The notes under the pieces were generated by a model. The model did no database searches. It saw nothing but the letters and a program-made list of their open reading frames with translations, and was not told the DNA's origin. Shown one piece after another: positions 8,639-17,341 of a stretch of DNA of 64,000 nucleotides (the stretch's first letter is position 1; the number at the start of each line of letters is the position of its first letter). This stretch comes from Vicinamibacterales bacterium (GTDB taxonomy: Bacteria > Acidobacteriota > Vicinamibacteria > Vicinamibacterales > SCN-69-37). The DNA is taken from assembly GCA_035550595.1 (NCBI GenBank), contig DASZOV010000004.1, forward strand, positions 43,259-107,258, given 5' to 3'. The position numbers and the translations under genes were made by a program.

Positions 8639-9925
8639 ATGATGCGCACGCCCGCTACTCTGGCCGGCTTGGTTGCCGCGGCCGGCCTCGCGTTCTCGAT
8701 GCCGCTCGCCGCGCAGGGCACGATCAAGGTCGGCATCCTGCACTCGCTCTCCGGCACGATGGCCATCAGCGAGACGACGCTGAAGGACACCGTCCTGATG
8801 CTCATCGACGAGCAGAACAAGAAGGGCGGCCTGCTCGGCAAGAAGCTCGAGCCGGTCGTCGTCGATCCCGCGTCGGACTGGCCGCTCTTCGCCGAGAAGG
8901 CCCGCGAGCTCCTCGAGAAGGACAAGGTCTCGGTCGTCTTCGGCTGCTGGACGTCGGTGTCCCGCAAGTCCGTGCTGCCCGTCTTCGAGAAGGACGACGG
9001 CCTGCTGTTCTACCCGGTGCAGTACGAGGGCGAGGAGTCGTCGCGTAACGTGATCTACACGGGCGCCGCGCCCAATCAGCAGGCGATTCCCGCCGTCGAC
9101 TACCTGATGAACCAGGTCGGCGTGAAACGGTGGGTGCTCGAAGGCACCGACTACGTGTACCCGCGGACGACGAACAAGATCCTGGAGGCGTACCTGAAGG
9201 CAAAGGGCGTCGCCCCCGCGGACATCTCGATCAACTACACGCCGTTCGGCTACTCCGACTGGCAGACGCGCGTGGCCGAGATCAAGCGGTTCGGCTCGGC
9301 CGGCAAGAAAACCGCGGTCGTCTCGACGATCAACGGCGACGCGAACGTGCCGTTCTACAAGGAGCTCGGCAACCAGAAGATCTCGGCTGAGGACATTCCG
9401 GTCATCGCCTTCTCGGTCGGCGAGGAGGAGCTGTCGGGTCTCGACGCCAAGCCGCTCGTCGGGCACCTGGCGGCGTGGAACTACTTCGAGAGCATCGCGA
9501 CGCCGGCCAACAAGGCGTTCATCGACCAGTGGCACGCCTACATCAAGAATCCGAAGCGCGTGACCAACGACCCGATGGAGGCGCACTACATCGGCTTCAA
9601 CCTGTGGGTGAAGGCCGTCCAGAAGGCGGGCACGACCGACGTCGACAAGGTCATCGCCGCGCTGCCGGGGCTCGAGGTGCCGAACCTGACGGGCGGCATG
9701 GCGAAGGTGCTGCCGAACCATCACATCACCAAGCCGGTCTACATCGGCGAGGTTCGCGCCGACGGGCAGTTCGACGTGGTCTGGAAGACGCCGACGACCG
9801 TGCCGGGCGATGCCTGGTCCGACTATCTGCCGGCCGACAAGGGGGTCGTCGCCGACTGGGTCACGCTCAAGTGCGGCAACTACAACACCCGCACCAAGGT
9901 CTGCTCGGGACAGAACTACAAGTGA
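8639..9925 (+). CDS. urtA: Urea ABC transporter substrate-binding protein
   Basis: MMRTPATLAGLVAAAGLAFSMPLAAQGTIKVGILHSLSGTMAISETTLKD..., the typical UrtA N-terminus. AAGGAG RBS at 8623. Followed by urtBCDE. Confidence 0.9.
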   Translation: MMRTPATLAGLVAAAGLAFSMPLAAQGTIKVGILHSLSGTMAISETTLKDTVLMLIDEQNKKGGLLGKKLEPVVVDPASDWPLFAEKARELLEKDKVSVVFGCWTSVSRKSVLPVFEKDDGLLFYPVQYEGEESSRNVIYTGAAPNQQAIPAVDYLMNQVGVKRWVLEGTDYVYPRTTNKILEAYLKAKGVAPADISINYTPFGYSDWQTRVAEIKRFGSAGKKTAVVSTINGDANVPFYKELGNQKISAEDIPVIAFSVGEEELSGLDAKPLVGHLAAWNYFESIATPANKAFIDQWHAYIKNPKRVTNDPMEAHYIGFNLWVKAVQKAGTTDVDKVIAALPGLEVPNLTGGMAKVLPNHHITKPVYIGEVRADGQFDVVWKTPTTVPGDAWSDYLPADKGVVADWVTLKCGNYNTRTKVCSGQNYK

Positions 9926-11652
9926 GGCGCCTGATCGCTGGCGGGCGGTGGCGCGTTGCGCTGCCGCTCGCCGGCCTGCTCATCGTCTTCGCGTCGCGGA
10001 CGCTGCCGGCGCAGCCGGCGGCGTCCGCGGGCGCGCCGGCGGCCGCGCCCGCGGCGCTGGCCGATGACGCCTCGCTCGTCGCGATGCTCGAGGCACTCCG
10101 CGCTGCCGACGCCACGTACGACTACGCGGCCAAGGCGGACGTCGCCAGGAAGCTGGCCGACAGCGGCGATCCCAGCGCGCCGGCCGTGCTCCAGGCGCTA
10201 CTCGAGGATCGGTTGTACGTGCGGACGGCCGACGAGCGGGTGTTCATCGTCACCTCGGCCGACGACGCGCTGTCGTCGCTCGAACTGGTCGATCCCGTCT
10301 CGCGCCGCGTCGCCGGAAACGCGCCACGCGACGCACTGGCGAAGATTGGCACTAACAACAGCCTGCGGCGGACGCTGCGGATCCTCGTCGCGCGGTTCGC
10401 CTTGTCGAGTCCGGACGCGACGACCCGGCTCGGCGCCGTCGAGGAGATGTTGCGATCGCTCGACGAGGCGAACGTCGCCCGGCTCAGGGCGCAGATGAGC
10501 CGTGAGACGGATCCTCGCGTGAAGGAGGAAATCGAGACGGGGCTGGCCTTGGCCGCGCTCGATGGCACCGACACCGACCGGGCGGCGCGACTCGCGGCCA
10601 TTCACACGCTGTCCGGTAAGCTGCGCCCGGAGGCGCGCAACCGGCTCCAGCAACTGCTCGATCGTTCACCCGACGGGACGTACGCCGAACCCGACGCGGA
10701 GGTACGGCAGGCGGCGGCCGCCGCCGTGCGGCGCATCGACGACTGGCGGACGTTCTACTCGTACGTCGAGACGCTGTTCTTCGGGCTCAGCCTGGGATCG
10801 GTGCTCGTGCTCGCGGCCATCGGCCTGGCGATTACGTTCGGCGTCATGGGCGTCATCAACATGGCGCACGGCGAGTTGATGATGCTCGGGGCCTACACGA
10901 CGTACGTCACCCAGCTCCTCATGCCGAACCACATCGGGGCCTCGATCATCGTGGCGATTCCCGCGGCGTTCGTGGTGTCGGGCCTCGCGGGCGTCGCCAT
11001 CGAGCGCACGATCATCCGCTATCTGTACGGGCGGCCGCTCGAGACGCTGCTCGCCACGTTCGGCATCAGCCTGGTGCTGCAGCAGTTGGTGCGGTCGATC
11101 TTCACGGCGCTGAACCGGTCGGTCGAAACGCCGGCGTGGATGAGCGGCACGTGGCAGATCAACGGCGCGCTGGCGATCACCTACAACCGGCTCGACATCG
11201 TCGTGTTCACGTTCGCCGTGTTCGGCGTCCTGCTCGTCGTGCTCAAGCGCACCCGGCTGGGGCTCGACATCCGCGCGGTCTCCCAGAACCGGACGATGGC
11301 CCAGGCCATGGGCATCCGCACCGACTGGGTGGACGCGATGACCTTCGGGCTCGGCGCGGGTATCGCGGGCGTGGCGGGCGTCGCGCTCAGCCAGTTGACG
11401 AACGTCGGTCCGAACCTCGGCCAGTCGTACATCATCGACTCGTTCATGGTGGTCGTGTTCGGCGGCGTGGGGAACCTGTGGGGCACGTTCATCGGCGGCA
11501 TGACGATGGGCGTCGTCAACAAGGTGCTCGAGCCGTATGCCGGAGCCGTGCTCGCCAAGATCTTCGTCCTGATCGCGCTGATCCTCTTCATCCAGCGCCG
11601 GCCGCGGGGCCTGTTTCCGCAGACCGGGCGCGCCGCGGACGGGCAGTCGTGA
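9922..11652 (+). CDS. urtB: Urea ABC transporter permease UrtB with a ~270-aa N-terminal extracytoplasmic extension
   Basis: GTG 9922 overlaps the urtA stop (GTGA). The C-terminal half (LFFGLSLGSVLVLAAIGLAITFGVMGVINMAHGE...) is a branched-chain-type permease. The N-terminal part has a signal peptide and helical repeats. Confidence 0.85.
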   Translation: MRRLIAGGRWRVALPLAGLLIVFASRTLPAQPAASAGAPAAAPAALADDASLVAMLEALRAADATYDYAAKADVARKLADSGDPSAPAVLQALLEDRLYVRTADERVFIVTSADDALSSLELVDPVSRRVAGNAPRDALAKIGTNNSLRRTLRILVARFALSSPDATTRLGAVEEMLRSLDEANVARLRAQMSRETDPRVKEEIETGLALAALDGTDTDRAARLAAIHTLSGKLRPEARNRLQQLLDRSPDGTYAEPDAEVRQAAAAAVRRIDDWRTFYSYVETLFFGLSLGSVLVLAAIGLAITFGVMGVINMAHGELMMLGAYTTYVTQLLMPNHIGASIIVAIPAAFVVSGLAGVAIERTIIRYLYGRPLETLLATFGISLVLQQLVRSIFTALNRSVETPAWMSGTWQINGALAITYNRLDIVVFTFAVFGVLLVVLKRTRLGLDIRAVSQNRTMAQAMGIRTDWVDAMTFGLGAGIAGVAGVALSQLTNVGPNLGQSYIIDSFMVVVFGGVGNLWGTFIGGMTMGVVNKVLEPYAGAVLAKIFVLIALILFIQRRPRGLFPQTGRAADGQS

Positions 11653-12746
11653 CCGCGCGCCGCTGGCTCGGTGCCGGCGCCGACGCGCGCCGGGGGACGA
11701 TTCTGCTCGTGGCGCTCGCGGTCACGGCCGTGGTGGTGCCGCTCTTGAACCTCGCGGTGCCGCCGGCCTCGCCGCTGCACGTGTCGACGTACGCCGTCAC
11801 GCTCATCGGCAAGTATCTCTGCTACGCGCTGCTCGCGCTGTCGGTCGATTTGATCTGGGGGTACTGCGGCATCCTGAGCCTCGGCCACGGCGCGTTCTTC
11901 GCGTTGGGCGGATACGCCATGGGCATGTATCTCATGCGCGAGATCGGGCCGCGCGGGGTGTACGGCGATCCGGTGCTGCCCGACTTCATGGTGTTCCTGA
12001 ACTGGCACAAGCTGCCGTGGTTCTGGTACGGCTTCAACCACTTCTGGTTCGCGGCGATCATGGTGGCCGTCGTGCCCGGCGTGCTCGCGCTGGTGTTCGG
12101 CTGGCTGGCGTTTCGTTCGCGCGTGACCGGCGTCTATCTGTCGATCATCACCCAGGCGCTGAGTTACGCGCTCATGTTGGCGTTCTTCCGGAACGACATG
12201 GGCTTCGGCGGCAACAACGGCTTCACGGACTTCAAGGACATCCTGGGGTTCGATCTCCACCGCGACGCCACGCGCGACGCGCTGCTCGCGCTGACGGCGG
12301 TCGCCCTCGCGCTGGCCTATCTCGTCTGCCGCGCGATCGTCACGTCGCGGGCCGGGAGAGTGATCCGCGCCATCCGCGACGCCGAGAGCCGTACGCGGTT
12401 TCTCGGCTACCGGGTCGAGTCGTTCAAGTTGTGGGTGTTCGTCGTCTCGGCCGTGCTCGCGGGCGTCGCCGGCGCGTTGTACGTGCCGCAGGTGGGCATC
12501 ATCAACCCGAGCGAGTTCGATCCGATCAACTCGATCGAGATCGTCATCTGGGTCGCGGTCGGCGGACGCGGCACGCTCGTCGGCGCGATCATGGGGGCCA
12601 TCCTGGTCAACTACGCCAAGACCTACTTCACCGGCGCGCTGCCCGAGATCTGGCTCTACGCGCTCGGCGCGCTCTTCGTGCTCGTTACCCGGCTGCTGCC
12701 ACGCGGGATCATCGGACTGCTGCCGTCGCGGAGCGCCGCCTCGTGA
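11649..12746 (+). CDS. urtC: Urea ABC transporter permease
   Basis: GTG 11649 overlaps the urtB stop (GTGA). Polytopic; LIGKYLCYALLALSVDLIWGYCGILSLGHGAFFALGGY is a typical UrtC/LivM-like motif. Confidence 0.9.
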   Translation: MTARRWLGAGADARRGTILLVALAVTAVVVPLLNLAVPPASPLHVSTYAVTLIGKYLCYALLALSVDLIWGYCGILSLGHGAFFALGGYAMGMYLMREIGPRGVYGDPVLPDFMVFLNWHKLPWFWYGFNHFWFAAIMVAVVPGVLALVFGWLAFRSRVTGVYLSIITQALSYALMLAFFRNDMGFGGNNGFTDFKDILGFDLHRDATRDALLALTAVALALAYLVCRAIVTSRAGRVIRAIRDAESRTRFLGYRVESFKLWVFVVSAVLAGVAGALYVPQVGIINPSEFDPINSIEIVIWVAVGGRGTLVGAIMGAILVNYAKTYFTGALPEIWLYALGALFVLVTRLLPRGIIGLLPSRSAAS

Positions 12747-13492
12747 CCGCGACCTCCTCGAAGCGGTTGTACCTGGAACACGTCACCGTCAGCTTCGACG
12801 GGTTCAAGGCGCTCGACGACCTCTCGCTCTACGTCGATCCGGGCGAGCTCCGCTGCATCATCGGGCCGAACGGCGCGGGGAAGACGACGATGATGGACGT
12901 CGTGACGGGCAAGACGCGGCCGACCGACGGGTCGGTGTGGTTCGGCAGCACGATTGACCTGCTCGCGCTCAACGAGCCGGAGATCGTGCAGGCCGGCATC
13001 GGCCGCAAGTTCCAGAAGCCGACCGTTTTCGAATTCCTGACCGTCCATGAGAATCTGGAGCTGTCGCTCGCCGGCCGGAAGACCGTCTGGCGCACGCTGC
13101 GCGCGCGCTTGTCCGAGGCCGACCGCGATCGGATCGACGAGGTGCTCGGCGTGATTCGGCTGACGGCCGAGCGGGCGCGCCTCGCGAGTACGCTCTCGCA
13201 CGGACAGAAGCAGTGGCTCGAGATCGGAATGCTGCTCATGCAGCAGCCCGAGCTGCTGCTCGTCGACGAGCCGGTCGCCGGCATGACGCCTCAGGAGAGC
13301 GAGCGGACCGCCGAACTGCTCGTCTCGCTCGCCGGCGCACACTCGGTCGTCGTCGTCGAGCACGACATGGACTTCGTGCGATCGATCGCGCGGCGCGTCA
13401 CGGTGCTCCACGAGGGCCGCGTGCTCTCGGAAGGATCGATGGACGACGTGCAGAACGACCCGCGCGTCGTCGAGGTGTATCTCGGACAATGA
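12743..13492 (+). CDS. urtD: Urea ABC transporter ATP-binding protein
   Basis: GTG 12743 overlaps the urtC stop. Walker A GPNGAGKTT, signature LSHGQKQWLEIG, Walker B LLLVDEP. Confidence 0.9.
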   Translation: MTATSSKRLYLEHVTVSFDGFKALDDLSLYVDPGELRCIIGPNGAGKTTMMDVVTGKTRPTDGSVWFGSTIDLLALNEPEIVQAGIGRKFQKPTVFEFLTVHENLELSLAGRKTVWRTLRARLSEADRDRIDEVLGVIRLTAERARLASTLSHGQKQWLEIGMLLMQQPELLLVDEPVAGMTPQESERTAELLVSLAGAHSVVVVEHDMDFVRSIARRVTVLHEGRVLSEGSMDDVQNDPRVVEVYLGQ

Positions 13493-14190
13493 GCGTGCTG
13501 TCGGTCGAGGGCCTCAATCAGTCGTATGGCGGCAGCCACATTCTCTGGGACGTCGACCTCGAGGTGCCCCGCGGCTCGCGCACCTGCCTCATGGGGCGCA
13601 ACGGCATGGGCAAGACGACGCTGCTCAAGTGCGTCATGGGCCTCTTGCCCGTGACCTCGGGCCGGTTGTCGTTCGACGGCCATGATCTGCGGGCGTTGCC
13701 GGCCGAGGCGCGCGCGCGTCTCGGTATCGGCTACGTGCCGCAAGGTCGCGACATCTTTCCGCACCTCACGGTCGAGGAGAACCTCCGCGTCGGCCTCGGC
13801 ATCCGGCGCGGCGGTCCGCGCGCGATCCCGCCGCTCGTCTTCGAGCTCTTCCCCGTGCTGCACGACATGCGCCGCCGCCGCGGGGGCGATCTCTCGGGCG
13901 GCCAGCAACAGCAGCTCGCAATCGGCCGCGCGCTGGTGCTCGAGCCGTCGCTGCTCCTCTTGGACGAGCCGACCGAAGGCATTCAGCCGAACATCGTGCA
14001 CGAGATCGGCGACATCATCCTGCGGCTCAATCGTGATGCCGGACTGACCGTGCTGCTCGTCGAACAGAAGTTGCCGTTCGCCCGACGGGTCGCCAGCCGG
14101 TTCGTCATCCTCGAGAACGGCCGGTCGGTGGCGAACGGTCCCATCGACACGCTGACCGACGACGTCGTGAACGCACACCTGACGGTGTAG
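13489..14190 (+). CDS. urtE: Urea ABC transporter ATP-binding protein
   Basis: ATG 13489 overlaps the urtD stop (ATGA). Walker A GRNGMGKTT, signature LSGGQQQQLAIG, Walker B LLLLDEP. Confidence 0.9.
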   Translation: MSVLSVEGLNQSYGGSHILWDVDLEVPRGSRTCLMGRNGMGKTTLLKCVMGLLPVTSGRLSFDGHDLRALPAEARARLGIGYVPQGRDIFPHLTVEENLRVGLGIRRGGPRAIPPLVFELFPVLHDMRRRRGGDLSGGQQQQLAIGRALVLEPSLLLLDEPTEGIQPNIVHEIGDIILRLNRDAGLTVLLVEQKLPFARRVASRFVILENGRSVANGPIDTLTDDVVNAHLTV

Positions 14191-14302
14191 CGGGGAAGCG
14201 CTGGCGATCCCCTGAAGATGGCGCATAATGCGCCGAGCTTCCTGTCCGTTCACCAGATCACATGCCCGCGCGCAGGCTGCGCGCGAATCAGGAGATGCCG
14301 TG

Positions 14303-15025
14303 ATGGCCGTGTGTTCGCTTGCCGAAGTTCGCCCATCGTCCGGCCGCATCATCGCGACGATCGTTGTCCTGGGACTGGCGCTCGCCGCGGCGCCACGCGC
14401 GTCGGCGCAAGCGGCCGCCGTGCCGCGCTCGCAGCGTTTCGAAGCGGCCGTCCACGCCTATGAGGTCGCTGACGCGGCGAAACCCGAGCCGCGCGGCGCG
14501 ATCCTGCTCGCCGGCGACTCGCAGTTCTATCGCTGGAAGACGCTGCACGAGGACTTGCCGGGCTACACCGTCGTCAATCGTGGCATCGACTCGTTCGAGA
14601 CGTCCGATCTCGTGCACTACGCCGATCGTCTCGTGCTGCCGTACAAGCCGCGGCTCATCGTGCTGCACACGGGCGGCAACGACGTGAACAATGGCAAGAG
14701 TGCCGAGACGATCCTTGCCGACTTCAAGGCGTTCGTCGCGATCGTCCGCGCGGCGATGCCGGACGTGCCCATCGCGTTCACGAGCATCACGCCGAGTCCC
14801 GGCCGCTGGGAACAGGCGCCACGACGGAAGGTCGCCAACGACCTCGTGAAGCGCTACATCGCCACGCAGCCGAAGCTCCTGTACATCGACCTGTGGGACG
14901 CGATGCTGACGCCCGACGGCCAGCCGCGCGAGGACATCTGGGTGGCCGATCGCATTCACCCGAACCAGGCCGGTTATCGCATCCGCGTCGCGATCATGAA
15001 ACCGATCCTCGGGCCGCCGCGCTGA
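14303..15025 (+). CDS. SGNH/GDSL-family hydrolase, secreted
   Basis: ORF 14228..15025 trimmed to MAVCSLAEV... (AGGAG RBS at 14290). Signal peptide; block I ILLAGDSQF, block III HTGGNDV, block V DRIHPN. Confidence 0.8.
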   Translation: MAVCSLAEVRPSSGRIIATIVVLGLALAAAPRASAQAAAVPRSQRFEAAVHAYEVADAAKPEPRGAILLAGDSQFYRWKTLHEDLPGYTVVNRGIDSFETSDLVHYADRLVLPYKPRLIVLHTGGNDVNNGKSAETILADFKAFVAIVRAAMPDVPIAFTSITPSPGRWEQAPRRKVANDLVKRYIATQPKLLYIDLWDAMLTPDGQPREDIWVADRIHPNQAGYRIRVAIMKPILGPPR

Positions 15026-15027
15026 GC

Positions 15028-15120
15028 AAAGATGACACCGCGAGCCCCCGAGCGCCAGCGAGGGCGGCGAGCGTCGTAGCGTTGGGGGTGGGGCCCCAAC
15101 GCATTGCAAAAAAGAAGGCA
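15028..15120 (+). repeat. REP-like ~90-nt element, copy A
   Basis: AAGATGACACCGCGAGCCCCCGAGCGCCAGCGAGGGCGGCGAGCGTCGTAGCGTTGGGGGTGGGGCCCCAACGCATTGCAAAAAAGAAGG. Fills the gap between convergent genes. Homologous to copies at 24090, 24163, 40171 and 61951. Confidence 0.85.
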
Positions 15121-15128
15121 GCGACTCG

Positions 15129-16259
15129 TCACGCGTGGTCGCGCGGCAGTCCCATCACGATCTTGATCCCCACGATCGCCGCCACGATCACGCCAATGCC
15201 GAGTACCGGCTCGCGCGTGAAGGGCATCAGCAGAATGAGCGGTGCGGCGGCTGGGCCGAGCCAGCGGGTGCGGCGATAGGCCGGGCGGTAGTGCAGGATC
15301 CAGAGACAGAGCAGATAGACGACGACGGGGATCGCGACCGCGAAGCCCGCGCCGACCGATCCGATCTCCGTATGTCCCGTGCGCTGGTCGATCGCGACGC
15401 CCAGCCCCGCGCCGACCGCCGCGACCGACGCGAACACGAGATAGTGGCCGTAGCCCCAGAGAATGGCCGTGCGCAGACTCGTGAGCAGATCGTGCGCGGG
15501 GCGGTCGAAATAGATCCACCACATCCCGTACACGATGAGCGGTCCGCCGATGATGACCGGCATGAGCGCGCCGAGCGGGTCGCCCGCGTCGACGACCGAT
15601 TGCACGGCGACCGTCGACGACAGGATCGACTCGCCGAGCACGATGATCGTCAAGAGCCCGTACCGTTCCGCGATGTGATGCGGATGCCACGTCGTCGGCG
15701 TGTGGCGTTCGGCCCACACGGGGACGGCGAGCTCCAGCACGAGAAACGTCAGGAATCCGGGAATCCAGAGGCCCGGCAGAAACGCCAGCGTGACCCAGCA
15801 GACCTGGACCACCGCGACACCGATTGCGTACCGCAACGCCGTCGGCCGTCGCGCCCGATCGCCGGCGGCCGCGCGCAGCCACTGCGCCACGAGCGCCAGC
15901 CGCATGACGACGTACCCGATGATGACGGCGAGCGCGGGACCGCGGACTTCGAACATGCGCGAGATGCCGGCCGCGAGGATGAGCGCGCCCGTGATCTGCA
16001 CGAACACGGCGAGCCGATACGGGACGTCGTCGCAGTCGTAGGCGGAGGCGAACCACGTGAAGTTCATCCACGCCCACCAGATGGCGAAGAACACCATCGC
16101 GAAGCCTTCGAGCCCGTGCGCCACGTGGCCCCCGGCCACGGCATGATGGAGCTCCGCCGCGGCGCGTGAGATCGCGACGACGAAGACGAGATCGAAGAGC
16201 AGCTCGAGCGGCGTCGAGACGCGGTGCGGCTCGTCGGGCGACCGGGCGATCATCGGCAT
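15129..16259 (-). CDS. Low-temperature-requirement protein A (LtrA) family membrane protein
   Basis: 376-aa ORF. N-terminus RVSTPLELLFDLVFVVAISRAAAELHH is the LtrA signature; polytopic. Confidence 0.85.
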   Translation of the reverse strand: MPMIARSPDEPHRVSTPLELLFDLVFVVAISRAAAELHHAVAGGHVAHGLEGFAMVFFAIWWAWMNFTWFASAYDCDDVPYRLAVFVQITGALILAAGISRMFEVRGPALAVIIGYVVMRLALVAQWLRAAAGDRARRPTALRYAIGVAVVQVCWVTLAFLPGLWIPGFLTFLVLELAVPVWAERHTPTTWHPHHIAERYGLLTIIVLGESILSSTVAVQSVVDAGDPLGALMPVIIGGPLIVYGMWWIYFDRPAHDLLTSLRTAILWGYGHYLVFASVAAVGAGLGVAIDQRTGHTEIGSVGAGFAVAIPVVVYLLCLWILHYRPAYRRTRWLGPAAAPLILLMPFTREPVLGIGVIVAAIVGIKIVMGLPRDHA

Positions 16260-16334
16260 GACGCGGATTCTACTGGAGCGGATGGCGCAGAACCGGCTCG
16301 CGCGTCGTCGGTCGAAATGGCGATGCGCCGTCCG

Positions 16335-17045
16335 TCACACGGCCGCGCGCGTCAACGCGCTGAGCCGCGTGCGCTGGCGGCCGGCGTCATCGAAGTTGGC
16401 CGGGTCCAACCATCCATCGAACGCGCGGCGCAGGCGCGGCCACTCGGTGTCGATGACCGAGTACCACGCGGTGTCCCGACTGCGGCCCTTGTAGACCGTG
16501 GCCTGACGGAAGATCCCTTCGAACGTGAAGCCCAACCGCTCTGCCGCGGCGCGCGACGCGGCGTTGAGCGCGTCGCACTTCCACTCGTAGCGGCGATAGC
16601 CGAGGTCAAAGGCGCGCCGCATCATGAGGGTCATCGCTTCGGTGGCCGCGCGTGTGCGCTGGAGGCTCGGTGAGAACTGCAGATGGCCGACTTCGATTGC
16701 GCCCGCCGCGGGCGTGATGCGGAGGTACGCGGCGGCGCCCGCCGCGCGACCGGTCTCGACGTCGACGAGCGCGAAGAACAGCGGGTCAGCGCCGGTGCAC
16801 GTCGCGCGCATCCAGTTCAGGTACGCGTCGAGATCGGCGAATGGACCGTAGGGCAGGTACGTCCACATGCGGCCGGCGTCATCGCGCGCGTTGGCGGCAT
16901 GGAGATCGGCGGCGAACCGCTCGTCGATCGGCTCGACGCGGACGTAGCGCCCAACCATCGCGTCATGTGGCGGCGCCGGTGGCGGCGTCCAACCCGGCAG
17001 GGATGGTCCAACAGGTTGTCCGAAGGCGTTGAGGATTGGCGGCAT
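16335..17045 (-). CDS. GNAT-family N-acetyltransferase (RimJ/RimL-like)
   Basis: ORF 16335..17084. Start likely MPPILNAFGQPVG (ATG 17045). Motifs HLQFSPSLQRTRAATEAMTLMMRRAFDLGYRRYEWKCDALNAASRAAAERLGFTFEG. Confidence 0.8.
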   Translation of the reverse strand: MPPILNAFGQPVGPSLPGWTPPPAPPHDAMVGRYVRVEPIDERFAADLHAANARDDAGRMWTYLPYGPFADLDAYLNWMRATCTGADPLFFALVDVETGRAAGAAAYLRITPAAGAIEVGHLQFSPSLQRTRAATEAMTLMMRRAFDLGYRRYEWKCDALNAASRAAAERLGFTFEGIFRQATVYKGRSRDTAWYSVIDTEWPRLRRAFDGWLDPANFDDAGRQRTRLSALTRAAV

Positions 17046-17341
17046 CACCGTCTCATTGTGCGGTGTCCGGTCCGCCGAACCCAAACGGCCGCTTCCGCCC
17101 CAGGTGCGTCAAATCGGATAGACTACGCCCTGCTCGCGCTTTGCCTGAGTCCTGCGGCCTGTATTCCGGCTATCGGTCCTCATTGAAGCATTGCTCGGAG
17201 GATCACCAATGGCTGGAAACGGCAACTCGACGACATCAGCTCGCGTCACGGAACGACCCGCGGCGGCTGGCGCGCGTGAACGATGACTCGTCCTCCCCAC
17301 CTGCCATCGGCACGTTCGTGCGGCCGTCTCGAGGTCTGACC

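Noticed and set aside
17147-17163. B12-box-like 17-mer GAGTCCTGCGGCCTGTA upstream of the B12-domain radical SAM gene (possible cobalamin riboswitch).
   Set aside because: It matches the remembered B12-box consensus at only about 12 of 17 positions. I could not find the other conserved cobalamin-riboswitch blocks (GGGAA, GCCACTG-type) in 17046-17341. An Rfam/Infernal scan would be needed to settle it.
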